From Glaucostegus cemiculus (taxonomy: Eukaryota), in the NCBI GenBank assembly GCA_976551045.1, contig CDPCPM010000233.1, positions 62,001-126,000 of the forward strand: a stretch of 64,000 bases of DNA, written 5' to 3'. The notes under the pieces are model-generated. The model had not been told where the DNA came from and made no database searches. It was given only the letters and a program-made list of their open reading frames with translations. Both the position numbers and the translations under genes were made by a program. Positions 1-11,950 of the stretch are shown in pieces. Every line of letters starts with the position of its first letter. Position 1 is the first letter of the stretch.

Positions 1-1489
1 CCCAATAGACAAATAGTTGGAAAGGTAAACAGTGCTAGAAGTTCTCTGGTGCCTCAGCAGCATCTGTGGAAAGAAATACTTGTTCACAATCCAGAAACAA
101 GTTGAAAGCAAAAGTGTTGATTATTTACTTTTTTTTTCATACAAATTCTCTGAGTGAATTTGATTCAGTATCTCAAACTTTTGGGTAGTTAATTCTGTAA
201 GGGTAAATTTCTGTAACGTGGGGGTCACCTATACAGACCCCCATGATGGGAGGAAGAAAAGAATGAACAAATCTGTCATCGGGAACCAGTGATTAAATGA
301 GCAATTTATTTACTTAACACCTATTTAATATCCTGGAATGTTTCACGGAATAACTTCAGTTTCTCACTATTTTGTGAGATATCAGGGTGGGTGATGAGCT
401 TGATCAAAATGTAGCTTTTAAAGCACTTTAAAGAAGATATGCAAGGTTGCAGGAGCTTTAAAAGGAAGTTGTATAGCTGGGATCCACAGCAACCATTAAC
501 AACATTTAATGGTACATTGGAGTGGTAGATTATAATCTAAAGTTGGAGAGTCCAAAGGTTTTAAAATGGAACGATTGCATTGAGATGCTTTGAAACAGTG
601 ATAAATGAGAACAGGTGCCAAATTGGGTGGAGAATTAAAATGGCCAGTAACTGAATCTTAATTTTGCACTTTTTTACTGAATGGAGCTGTTTGCCTCTCA
701 GTGTATATGTGGCCTCCCCATCTGATGATCTGCATTTGAGTAGTGAATACACCACACTAAAAGTACAAGTAAATTGCTGTTTCATGTGTAAAGTCTGCTT
801 GCTGAGATGGAAAGAAGAGAAAAAATTGAATATTCTAACTTGCATTGCAAATTTTGGAAGAAAAGAATTTGCATTGAAGGCAATGTAAGAGATATTTAGT
901 GTCAGTTTGGGGGTAGCTGAGCTTCTACTAAACATACTGGTGTGATTGGAAAAAGTTTCCCCCTGCATTCATATTATTCTGAAGATTGAGGCAGTGAAAA
1001 ATTGTCAAAGATTTGTACATAAACCCTCTTGAAGTTGGGGGTTAGAGGTAAGAAGGCTCAAAGGTATTTTGAGATTTGGGTTTTAGCATTTAATGTCCTA
1101 GTTGCCAGTGGTATAACCAAGGATAAGAACTTAGTTGAAAATGTCCTTAACTGAGCCAAGGTAGGTTGGTAAGTCTGATAAATGCAGTGGACTCTGTGGG
1201 TTTTGAATTGGGTATAGTTCTGGTTTTAACTAGATTTTCCTTTGGAACAAAGGTGTAATTGATTTGTACCCTTTGCGAGTTAGAAATTACTAAGCTGTGA
1301 ACATCTGAATCTCAAAATTGCATCAGTCATGTCATTGGGTTATTTTGAAAGTATACTAAGAGATTCTATCAGCTTTAAAATTGAGAATGTTGTGGGGGGG
1401 GGGGGGAGGAGAAGAGAGAAATCCCTTCATAGTACATTGTGACCCTTGTTTTTTGGTTGGGTTCCCCTCCTGGTCATGTTTGCTATTTA

Positions 1490-2100
1490 TTGAGATCTGG
1501 GCATTGAGGCATGGCCTCTTTTTTTAAATGCCCATCCTTGACAGCCTTTGAGAAGGTGTTGAAGGTGAAATATTTCCAAGCCATGATGATCTATGACTTG
1601 AACTCTGCAGCTGGTATTTTCATATGATTGCTGTCCTAATCCCTTTAGAGATCACTAGTTTGGGCTGTGCTGTTGGTAACCTGGCAAGTGATTGCAGTGC
1701 ATTTTGTAGGTGGCACACTGATGTGCTGACCAGGGTGTTCATATCAGTAAATGAGATGCTTTTTCTGGAGAGTGTCAAGCTTAAAGGTTGAGAGTTGCTC
1801 TTATTCAGGCAAGTCTATAATAAATCTTGCTACCAACTTGTACCTTGTAGATGACAAAAGATTTTGGTGCTATAGGAGGATGCAAGAAACCTAACACCTG
1901 AGTTGTGGCCATGATATTTGTGACTTGTCCTGCTGAATGTCTGGTCAGAGGTGGGACTCAACTAGACCACTACCTTCATGGGTATTTTTGGCAAATGTTC
2001 TAAGCTCTTGCATGGAAGTATGAGTTGTTTTAGATGTACCTGGCCTTGGGGAAAATTTGTAACTGGTGCTGATTTGGATATTGGGACATTTAATGCCACT
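1490..2100. repeat. Degenerate interspersed repeat (probably LINE-derived), family also seen at about 5580-6050, 40160-40450 and 42040-42420
   Basis: Shared motifs gcccatccttgacagcctttgagaaggtg / catccctaattacccttgaaggtggtgg, and ccattgaatgttaagggatag...aagcttggatgttatccaggtcttg. Confidence 0.45.
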
Positions 2101-2643
2101 GAACCCCATTTGTATGTCTTTGTCCCCTGGCAGTGCCTGGTATAATTTGCCATTTGAACAAGGAACTGGGCTTCAGAAGTATTTGGAATAGTTTTTCCTA
2201 TCTACCTAACTTTCTCCATTCTACCCTCTGCTCCCTCTTCTAACTGCAGCCAGCAACAAATTCACCCTTTACTTGAAGCAAACCTTAAGCTTGGTTGAAG
2301 TTTGGCTGAGCTTTGCCCTGGTGGGTATAAGCATTAAAAGGATTTTTAAATGACCTTGACATAAATGCCAGTATTCTCATTGCCACTCTGGTTGAGATCA
2401 TCAGTAGATGAAAGATTGAAATTTTCCTAAACTGTGTTGCTGTGCTCCTTGCTAGATCAAGCATCAAGCCAGTTTGTGAATTGCAAGTTGTATTCACAAT
2501 GTCCAGATGTTATGGCACATAAAGAGAATTTAAATTTGTGTAGTGAATTTAATGTTCTTTTTGTATGGATATTATTTATAAAAGGAGACACGGTTTTTGT
2601 AGATTTGTTCTATAATGCTTTACTTTCATACTCCAGCTGTAAA

Positions 2644-2781
2644 ATGGAGAATCTCTACGCTGTGTCTTCAGAGCATCTTACTCCTTCAGCCTCTAATACT
2701 CTCTGTCACCCTCTCTCATCAACACGTTCTGCCTCAATCTGTGCTAAAAAACAGAAGCGAATTCCACTTTATCAGAGATCA
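2644..2781 (+). CDS. CSDE1: CSDE1 alternative N-terminal extension exon, 46 aa (MENLYAVSSE...KKQKRIPLYQRS); probable exon 2637-2781
   Basis: Pyrimidine-rich acceptor tactttcatactccag ends at 2636, ATG is in a strong context (AAAATGG), and the donor TCA|gtaagt follows 2781 in phase 0, in frame with the ATG at 4327. Resembles the recalled human long-isoform N-terminus MENVFTVSS...KKQKRTPTYQRS. Confidence 0.85.
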
Positions 2782-4326
2782 GTAAGTGGGGAAGAATTGG
2801 GTATTTAATCTTGTGTGCTAACAGCATGCAGTAACAGCATTAGTTTGTTGACTTGGGTTATAAACACACTTGCATGGACTAAAGTTCAATGCTTTTTGTT
2901 TAAACCATGAGCTTTTTTGACTATGTTAGGGAGTCAGAGCATCATTAAATTTGTAACTGGTAATGTAAATGAATTTAGTTTGTCAGCCATTTTTGTCTTA
3001 ATCTTGTAAATCCAAGTTTGAATTGAGGTAGTACTGTTTAGCTTGCATAGCTATTTTATGACCATGACTGATGTTGCTGGCTTCAAAGATCATCCTTGGA
3101 GCAAAACAAAAATATCTATACCTGGTATGGCTTACACTCTTGCATGAGCACTGTATCTAAAGGTACTTTGTATCCTAGAGCAAGTGGAATGTAATGAGCT
3201 CACTCCACATCCATCAGATAAGAGAATAGACAAGTTAATGATTTTGATAGATTTTTCAGGGTTGTAATGAGTTGAACTGCACTGAAAGCCTGGGCTGAAA
3301 AACCAATATCAGCCTAAATAATTATAGCAATTTTTACTTTTGAAGTTCTAAGTCCCATTTAACATGAAGAAATGGAAATGATCCCAAATATTCAAAAAAT
3401 TGTACCATTCAAATATTGCATCCTGTTATCTTTTGGCTTTCTCAAGCATTAACTAACTATCTTAACAGCTTCAAAGAAAAATTATTGTGGTGGGGCCAAC
3501 TTGGTTGTCTATCAGAAGGAAGTATTTCTGGATAGTAATAGTTCTTGATGCCTACAGCTGATTTGTATTGCTAATTGAATGATGATTAATTGAATGCATG
3601 TTGAATTCAAGCTAACTCCAAACTTGCAATGGTGATTGTTTGTATTGTCCTCTTTAGTTTTTGCTTCATCTGTTCCTAGGTCACTTTGTTGCATATACTC
3701 TGATAATCTGAATTTTAATCTTCACTTGGCTGCCTGTTGGGTAAAATGACATTTTGATTCTCTGCAGTGAAGCTTAAATTATCTTGATTCATGAAAGCTT
3801 TTGAACTTAATGTGTAATGTTATAATGCTGAGAGTAATCCACATTTATTTTTGCACCCTTGAGTGACATCTCAACAGCTTTATTAGCTTTAAATAAACAT
3901 TTTTCCTGACATATTTGACATAGAAATGTAGCAAATATTGTTTATAAATTTAACAATGGTATTATAAAGCAACATTTATTACATCCTAATAACAAAAGCA
4001 ACCAACCACATTCTGTAGTGTATATGTTTAAGCAAGAACTTGTATGCAGTAAGTAATTGAAGGACATCAGAGTATCAAGTTAGTGTACTTTCTGTTTTTC
4101 CCCACCCCATACAAATTGCTCTTTAAAAATAAGCCTATGTTTTTGACTAGCATGTGTGACTCGATGAAATTTATTAAACATGCAAATTTAAGTGGTTTAG
4201 ATCAGTATTATTTAGTCTGTCTGCAATCATTATCACTGTTTACACAGTTGGTCTCCTTTGGTTTGCAGTGATTACAGGGTGCTCTTTGTGTTAAGTTCAT
4301 AAATATCTTTTATATCCCCATCACAG

Positions 4327-4525
4327 ATGAGCTTTGATCCAAACCTCTTGCATAACAATGGCCACTCTGGTTTTGCTAATGGTACCTCAGGAGCCCTGCG
4401 CGAAACAGGCGTTATTGAGAAGCTGCTGTCATCGTACGGTTTTATCCAGTGCACTGAACGTCAAGCCAGGCTATTCTTCCATTGCTCACAATACAGTGGT
4501 AATCTCCAAGACCTCAAAGTGGGAG
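4327..4525 (+). CDS. CSDE1: CSDE1 coding exon 1 (start codon, first part of CSD1)
   Basis: tcacag|ATG...GGAG|gtgag; MSFDPNLLHNNGH...YGFIQCTERQARLFFHCSQY...LKVG; 199 nt. Confidence 0.97.
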
Positions 4526-7500
4526 GTGAGAAATTGTCGCTGCTTGATATGTATGATGTTCCAGCTTTTTATTTTATAGGAACTTCTGCAAGGATAAAGT
4601 TGTTTTGTAGTTTTGCTCTACATAAGTAATGTTGAGTGGGACTAACTTATTTCAGAATTCTTCACTTCAAATTAAATTGGCAAGTATTTTCCTGAACAGT
4701 GAAGGCCATGCTAGTGTTTAAAATTGGATATTTTTCAATGCACAACATTTTAAAATCTATATTTTAAATTTTGCACATGGGCAGCACATTCAAAGGGATG
4801 AGAGCACAACTGTTGTTTTTCCTCCCCAATGAAAACTGCTGAGACATCCCGTGCCCAGCTCTCCATCAGCCGCAGTTGTTCTGTAATAGGATTGACTGGT
4901 CACATAACAGGGATTGGTAGTGCTCTTTTACAGTAAATCTGTATTACACAAATGAGTTTAGGATTTTGTTTTGGCAGAGTTTTCAGCATAAATCAGAATT
5001 CTGCCTAAATATGTGAAGATGCATAAACATAAATTAGTTATTTGATAAGAAAATATAATGGCAAAGCTGACTTAAGGAAAACAATAAAACTCATTGCATT
5101 GGAAATTGCCTTAAAGAACCAAGTATTGTGTTTAAATGAGAAATGGTGTACAAATAACTGCAAACTGTTTTTATATTGAAGGATTAATCTGGGGGCTTTT
5201 TCCAAGCTTCTCCATTAATTGCTGCAGGGAAAATGTCTTTGCAAGTTAATAACTATGCTTTATTTTCATGGGTGGTAGCTCTGCATCTGTATTTGTCTGG
5301 TCAAGGCAGCTGCCATGTTCAGTTTTAGTCTTGGGCAAAAAGAATCAACTTCACATTTCACAAGGCAAATTTTAATCTAGTGGATCTCTAAAGGTCAGAA
5401 ATTGGACTTTGTAAATACAAAGATCTTGTCTTTATAAATTACACTTAAAATCTAATTAGAATGCTTAAGATTTTCACTTGCCTTAAGAATTGTGATTTTT
5501 AAACTTTTGGAATTGTTGCTAGCATCTAGTGTAACCACTATGTTGAGTGGAGGGAGGGGATAGATTTACAGTCAAGGAAATGACCTTCCTTGATGCTGTT
5601 TAGCTGTATGTATGGGCACTGGCTTCATCCAGGCATGTGAAGAATATTTCATCACACTCCTGGTGTAACTTGTAGGTATCAGTTATTTGCCACTGAATGT
5701 TACCTTTGACATGCTGTGGCATTTGTGATTGATCCTGTTAGACTTCAGGTGATCCTCAGGCCACCGAGTGACTTAACAATGGCTATGCTATTGAAAATAT
5801 TGGGAAATGATTATTGTTGGAGTTGGTCATTGTCTGTCAAGATTCAGACCACATCAATTCAAGCTTGGATGTTATCCAGGTCTTGTTGTCTACAGACATG
5901 GAATCTTTCATGAGGCATTGCAAATGGAACTGAACATTGCAGTCAGTGGATAGACAAGCTTGTGACCGTGTAATGGAAGCAACATTATTGATCATGCACC
6001 TAAATACCTCAGAATACTGTCCTGCAGAACTTCTGGATACAACTGGCCCTTAAATGCCATACATACTCATCTATATAAATTTATCTCCCCTTCCTGAACC
6101 TATACTACAGTGTCTGTGTTCTGGATAAAATGGGCTAAAAATTCTGTACAATATTCATTATGACATCTTGGATTGGGGAAAACTTCTCAGCCATTTACGT
6201 AACTACTGTCCTGTGAGAGCACTCCTTGCTTTCTTGGAAATACAGGCAACCCCTGTGTTGTCCTTTCCTATCACCCTTTCCCATTGAATCCTATGACTTA
6301 AGAAGAGATGTGTTCCGAAAAAATGTTTTTCCCTCAAGCCATTTTATTGTCGATTGCAAAGTGATCCGCTGCTGTTATTTAACAGCTGAGGCCAATGTTA
6401 GACTTGGGGGGTGGAGGAGGAATAAGGCCCTGTGCAAAAGAAAAACAAGTTTAGTCACTCAATACTGAGGCAAAGTGATTTGGATGTGACATGTCAATTG
6501 GATTGGCAGTAGTTACATATGAGTCCACTATCCCCCTTGCTATGCCCTCTCCTGTCTGAGGACATCTGAGCATATGCTTCAGAATGCAACCCACTGTGCT
6601 CTTCATCCGAGGCATTCTCTCTGGGCAAGTGTCATGGATTAGGAAAGGGTTTGAAGTGTGGATATTGAGGAAAGATGAGATTCAAGGACTGGGGTTTGTG
6701 GTGCAGACTGAGTTCAGGGCAGTAATGGGTTAAAATGTGGTGACTTGGTGGAAGAGAGAGGATTACTTTTAAGGGGCTGGCAACTGCTACTGCAGCTCCC
6801 CACAGTGCAGTACCTCAAAAGATACCTTGCCTGTATGTGGGAACTTTCCATTACTGTGGTGTCTCTAATTGGGTCCACCCTGTTGCACAGCAGTTTATCC
6901 ACCACTGCTGCTTGTGCCCCACCCCTCAAAGGTCTGGTACTCTACTCCTCACTCTGCCAGAAAACTTGTTATGATCCACCTTATGCAGAATTTCCTTTTC
7001 TAACATTTACTGTGCTCCTGTGTTTTGAAAGCAGTGCTCCCATGTAACTTGAAAAAGATAACCCACATGAGTTGAGATTTCAAAAAAACTAGCTGTTGAC
7101 ACTTTCCTCTGAGGCAAATATTTCCCACAGGAAAAGCCAAGTTGCTGTACACATTTCCCCTCTAACCATTTTAAATGCAGTGCAGCATCCACTCTGGGAA
7201 TCCTTTGTGCTCACATACACATCCTAAAGATTTTCTTTTAAAAAAAAAAGTGGTAGATCATTGCAGGGTTGATAATTTAATCAATTTTAAGGTCACTAAT
7301 ATAGTATCCTCACGTTATGTGGTGATAGATTTGTCCATTAATGTTTTCAGTTTCTGTATCCCTATGTTTAGAGTAGGATCTGCACTCTGGATTTTTGCCA
7401 GCATGCTTCCTAGATTTCCTTTACTGGTCCACCAGGTGGAAAACATTGGTGGGAGGTTAATAATTTCTGCTGCCACAGCCTTCAGAATGCTTCTGTGGAT

Positions 7501-7939
7501 CCTGGGCCTTCTAATCATGTTATAGTTTGCTTCTTAAGAAATTTGTATGTCCCTGGAGTTTTCTGGGTCAATTCTAGTCTGTCTTGGGAAGTTTGGTGTC
7601 ACATGGGAAGCCAATTTTCTCCGATGCTTGACTATTAGAAACCCTCTGCCAGGTTCATTTAGCATGTGAATGCCCAGATGGGACAGAAGTGGACCTTGCT
7701 GGGTTGGGAGGTCAGTAAGCAACTTGTATTAATATAATTTTCCCCACCATGCAAATCTGCTGAGTTGGGTTAAACCATTTCCTCGCTTATCATAACTTGT
7801 AGAATGTTGGCAATTGGAACAAATCCACTGTATTTGGCAAAATAGCTCTAATTGAGATGTAATGTGCTCTTGCTGCCTGTTTTTGATAGACTAACTATCT
7901 GAATGCAATGTAATGGAGCACTGCAAATTCATTAAAATG

Positions 7940-8600
7940 AAAAACACTAGTGCTGTAGGAACTCTGCAGGCCAGGTAGCATCTGTGGAGAAGAGCAAGCA
8001 GTTAACACTTCGGGTCAGGACCCTTCAGGACTGAAGATAGGAAAAGGGGAAGCCCAATAGATAGGAGGGAAAAGCAGAGCAGTGTTAGGTAGACAAAAGA
8101 GGAGGTGGGGTGGGCATAAGGTGGTGATAAGTAGATGCAGGCAAGAGATAGTGATAGGCAGGTGCAGGGGAGGAGGGGAGAGCAGATCCACTTGGGGATG
8201 GGTCAGAGTTAAGAGGAAAAGGGTGGGTAGAAGAGGCATGGTTGGGGCAAGGGGAAAAAGGTATGGGGATTACTTAGAGAATTCAGTGCTCGTGGTCTCT
8301 TAAGTTGCTAGGTTCCAAGATGGAAAATGAGGTGCTATTCCTCCAGTTTGTGCTTGGAATTCTCCTGGCAGTGGAGGAGGCAGAGGACTGACATATCTGT
8401 GATAGTGTGGGGTGGGAGTTGACCTGTGATAATGTGTGGGGGGGGGGGGGGAAGATGGAGATCATGGTTATGGACAGAGCACAGGTGTTCTGCAAAACGG
8501 TCACCTATTTGTGTTTGGTCTCACCAATGTAGAGGAGGCCACACCTGGAGCACCTAATGCAGTAGATTATATTAAGGGAGGTGCAGGTGAATCTGTCTTT
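7940..8600 (-). mobile_element. Penelope-like element fragment (GIY-YIG endonuclease region and 3' flank)
   Basis: Minus strand of about 8511-8591 translates FTCTSLNIIYCIRCSRCGLLYIGETKH (IIY...YIG motif), followed by GDRFAEHL after a frameshift. Confidence 0.8.
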
Positions 8601-8681
8601 ATTAAAATATTCTGTGCAGTCTGACAATTTCACTTCTAGCCTAATAAGAGCTCCATGATAACCAATCTGAATCATCTGCAG

Positions 8682-8791
8682 ATGATGTGGAATTCGAAGT
8701 GTCCTCTGACAGACGGACTGGAAAACCGATTGCTGTGAAATTGCTGAAAGTGAAGCCAGAAATTTTGCCTGAAGAAAGGATCACTGGTCAG
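8682..8791 (+). CDS. CSDE1: CSDE1 coding exon 2
   Basis: ctgcag|AT...CAG|gtaaag; DDVEFEVSSDRRTGKPIAVKLLKVKPEILPEERITGQ; 110 nt. Confidence 0.96.
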
Positions 8792-11650
8792 GTAAAGTTC
8801 ATTGCTGCATCCAGACCTGGGGAAATGCCTTACCAATATCTTTAAAACTATTGGGGAGAGTTGATGGTAATGTGGGGAGAATATAAAATTGGATTAGTGT
8901 AAATGGGTGCTTGAAGGTCAGTGTAGCCCCCATGGGCCAAAGGGCCTGTTTGTGCTGTATTAATGACACTTGGAGTTTAGTTACTGTGAACAATATTTAC
9001 TGTTCTGTAAAACTACATTTCAAAATCTAAATTTGCAATGCATCATCTGCTCCAACCTGAATTTAATTCTATTTCATAGGAATTGAAATGGGTAACTTTT
9101 GGAACAATTGTCTTGCCAATTTCAAACTGGATTGGAGTTTTTCTTGATAACAGCATACAGGAAGCCTGATCTTTTTCAAATCTCAATATTAATGCTTGGG
9201 ATGGTTGGGGATGGGCAGTGGGTGAAGGAAGGTCAGTACTTTAAATTCTTTGTTCTCCACATACCATATATATTTCCCTTAAGTCATTAAATCCAATGGA
9301 ATGCTGATGTTTGAATTCCTGCTCCTTTGAGAGAATACCTTGTCTGCATCTCCCACCTGGTGGTATTGAAATTGTCATCTGTTGGGCTTAGATTTGAGGA
9401 TCCAACTTTGAAACTTCATAGTCTTCAGCTGGATGGGACTTGTGTATTGCAACATACATAAATCATACTTATTGCTTTTTCAGCTCTTCTGTTTTTGGAG
9501 CCCTAATTCAGAATGTGCTCATGGTTTTTAATGAGCCACAACTGGAGTGAGAATTTGAGTTGATGGAAAAAGTCAGAATTGACAATGTGCTGACTTTCTG
9601 AACCTCTTTCAGTTCCTAGGGAGCATTCTTTCCATTAATTTTAGCTGCTCCACGTGCATGATCTTCACTCATCCAATTTGTGCTCTTCTAATGCAAGCAA
9701 CTTCTGAAATATTGCATTTGTCCTTCAGGCACAACCATGACTGGATTCGCAGGCATTTTTGTCCCTCTTGCTCCTCCATCTTTTCACATTTTTTCCCTCT
9801 TGTGTTGCTATCTGATTTTTAAAGTAAAATTAAAGTTTCTTGTATTCTTCAAGGTGGATGCAAAAAGCTCTTCAGGTGATACTTGGAGGAAAATGGCCTC
9901 TTAACTCAGCAGTTTTAAGTATTGCTTTCATATCTGTAGAAGCTCTTTAGTATTTGAGTGGTATTGTTTTCACCTATGTAGTGTGCACCTGGTTAGATTT
10001 TTCTCTGAAAAATTCCTCTTGTTCCTTGCATTTAAAGGATTATTTATATAACCTCATGTACATTAAGATTCTCATTAGTTTGAGATTGAAACTCATTACA
10101 CTGCTTCCTGGCATCACAACGCAAAGTAACTTGCATCTTTGGTGTGATCTGAATCTTTTTTTGGTGGGTGGGGGAGAAACTTCAGTGCTGTTTTAATTAC
10201 CACTGTCTGGCTTTTTATTATTTTGGATCTTGGATACCTTGCACTAAAGGCCATGGTCCTTCAATCAAATTTTTTTTTAGATTTCAGAACATGCAGAACT
10301 TGTTCACAAGGAAGCAGTTCTAACATCAACAGATAGTTATTTTGGTCAAATGCTGACAAATTCTCTTCCTGAACTCCAATGTAAAGCAGCATGTTTAGAC
10401 TTGCTGTGAAAATCACATCAAGGAAGTGTATACAGAAATTCAAATGCCTTCAGGCAAACAACTCTTGTTTTTGATTTAAGCTGTACTTCCACTGATGAAG
10501 TGAAATGATTGTGGCTGAGGAAAAGTGTGTTTCTGCAAATGATGTCAATAAATCAGGTGATGAATTCTGCCATTGTGCCAGTTTTTCTGATCTGTGCTCA
10601 TTTATTTTGAGGAAAACATGAGTACGTCAAGAGGAAGAACTCTGGATGATTGACTTGGGCACAGTAACTTGCTCTATACTGTCGGACTATATGCTACATT
10701 TGGGTGTATGGCTATTGTGCTAATATTTGGTGTTGCTGCTAGTAATGTTAATAGCTTTACAGATAGGATTCATTACCAGTGTTGGCACTTATTGTATCTC
10801 TATTCTTTTTAACAAAATAGGTTGAAGTTGCTTAAACTTGTGGCCTGTTGGAGTTAGAACATTACAGATCCTGTCTTGCTGAGGATACTCTGTAGTCTGC
10901 AGCTATCTTGAATGCAGTTATGAATAGTTATAGCATTTGGGCTTATCAGTTAGTCATGCAGAAAATAAGTGAACTCTTTCAATGGAGTTGCCCTTTGTTG
11001 AAACAAGCTTTTTATTAGTTTGACTTTCAATCAGATACTCTAACCCCAGTCTATTTATCTTTTCCTTTTCTTTCCCCATGACTGCCTCAAACTTCTGTGA
11101 AACAAAGGCTGATCTGAGTAATCCTATTTAAGACTAATGTACCTGGTGAGAGTAATAAGGTAGCTTCAACTAGTGTCCCAATTGATCTGCCATGTTTTTT
11201 GGGACAAAGAGGGTAATTGCATGACAGATGTGGCAATCTTGCATGTGGGTTGTATTATGCAGTCTCTAATACCCTTCTCATCCCCTTCATCTTGACTTTA
11301 ACTCCCACACCAAAAAATGGACAGGTGGAAGTTGTATTTACCTATGAGTAGCTAGCTTGTGAAAATGGGCACTAATCTGAGGAAGTAATCCAAACAACCA
11401 GACCTTAAAGCAAATGGGACATGTCTGGAGATTCAATCATGATGTTTGAGTGCAGTTGAAATCACTTAGTTTATTTGTGTACAATATTTTAGCCCTGCTG
11501 TCAGTTGGTCTGTACATACAGGATTAAAGTAGTTAAATTTTGTTAAATCAGTGTATTGCTCTTCAGGTTACTTGAGATTGTATATCAGAGCAGGCAATCA
11601 AAATTGGACATCTTGAGCAACTAAAGTGTTCTAATAAAGACAATCCAAAA

Positions 11651-11950
11651 TGAGTCTAGGACCAGAGGGCACAGCCTCAGAATAGAAGCATGTCCCTTTA
11701 GAACAGACGAAGAATTTTTTAGCCAGAGGTAGTAAGTCTGTGGAATTCATTGCTACAGGTGGTTGTGGAGGCCAATTCATTAGGTATATTTAAAGCAGAG
11801 GTTGATAGGTTCTTGATTAGCAAAGGAATTGGTCATGGAGAGAAGGCAGAGGAAAATGGGATTGAGGGGGAAAATAAATCGGTCATGATCGAATGGCAGA
11901 GCAGACTCAAGGCAGAATGGCCTAATTCTGCTCCTATGACTTGTGGTCTT
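11651..11950 (+). mobile_element. CR1 LINE 3' end fragment
   Basis: Typical CR1 tail: gagtctaggaccagagggcacagcctcagaata...aatggcctaattctgctcctatg; translated remnant SLGIFKAEVDRFL. Confidence 0.8.

Noticed and set aside
2474-2499. 8-bp hairpin TTGTGAAT...ATTCACAA upstream of the extension exon
   Set aside because: Short AT-rich stem expected by chance in 64 kb, with no other support.
1-2636. CSDE1 promoter, CpG island or IRES-containing 5' UTR exon
   Set aside because: The region is CpG-poor and repeat-like, and no such exon was recognised; these presumably lie upstream of the window.
2434-2808. 124-aa ORF as an independent gene
   Set aside because: Only 2644-2781 is bounded by splice signals and resembles CSDE1; the rest is intronic read-through from a non-ATG start.
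7315-7518. 67-aa minus-strand ORF
   Set aside because: The RIHRSILKAVAAEI segment looks like a short decayed CR1 ORF2 remnant, not a gene.
10552-10594. C/D box snoRNA (GTGATGA at 10557, CTGA at 10587)
   Set aside because: The boxes span only about 34 nt, too short for a C/D snoRNA, and there is no recognisable guide.
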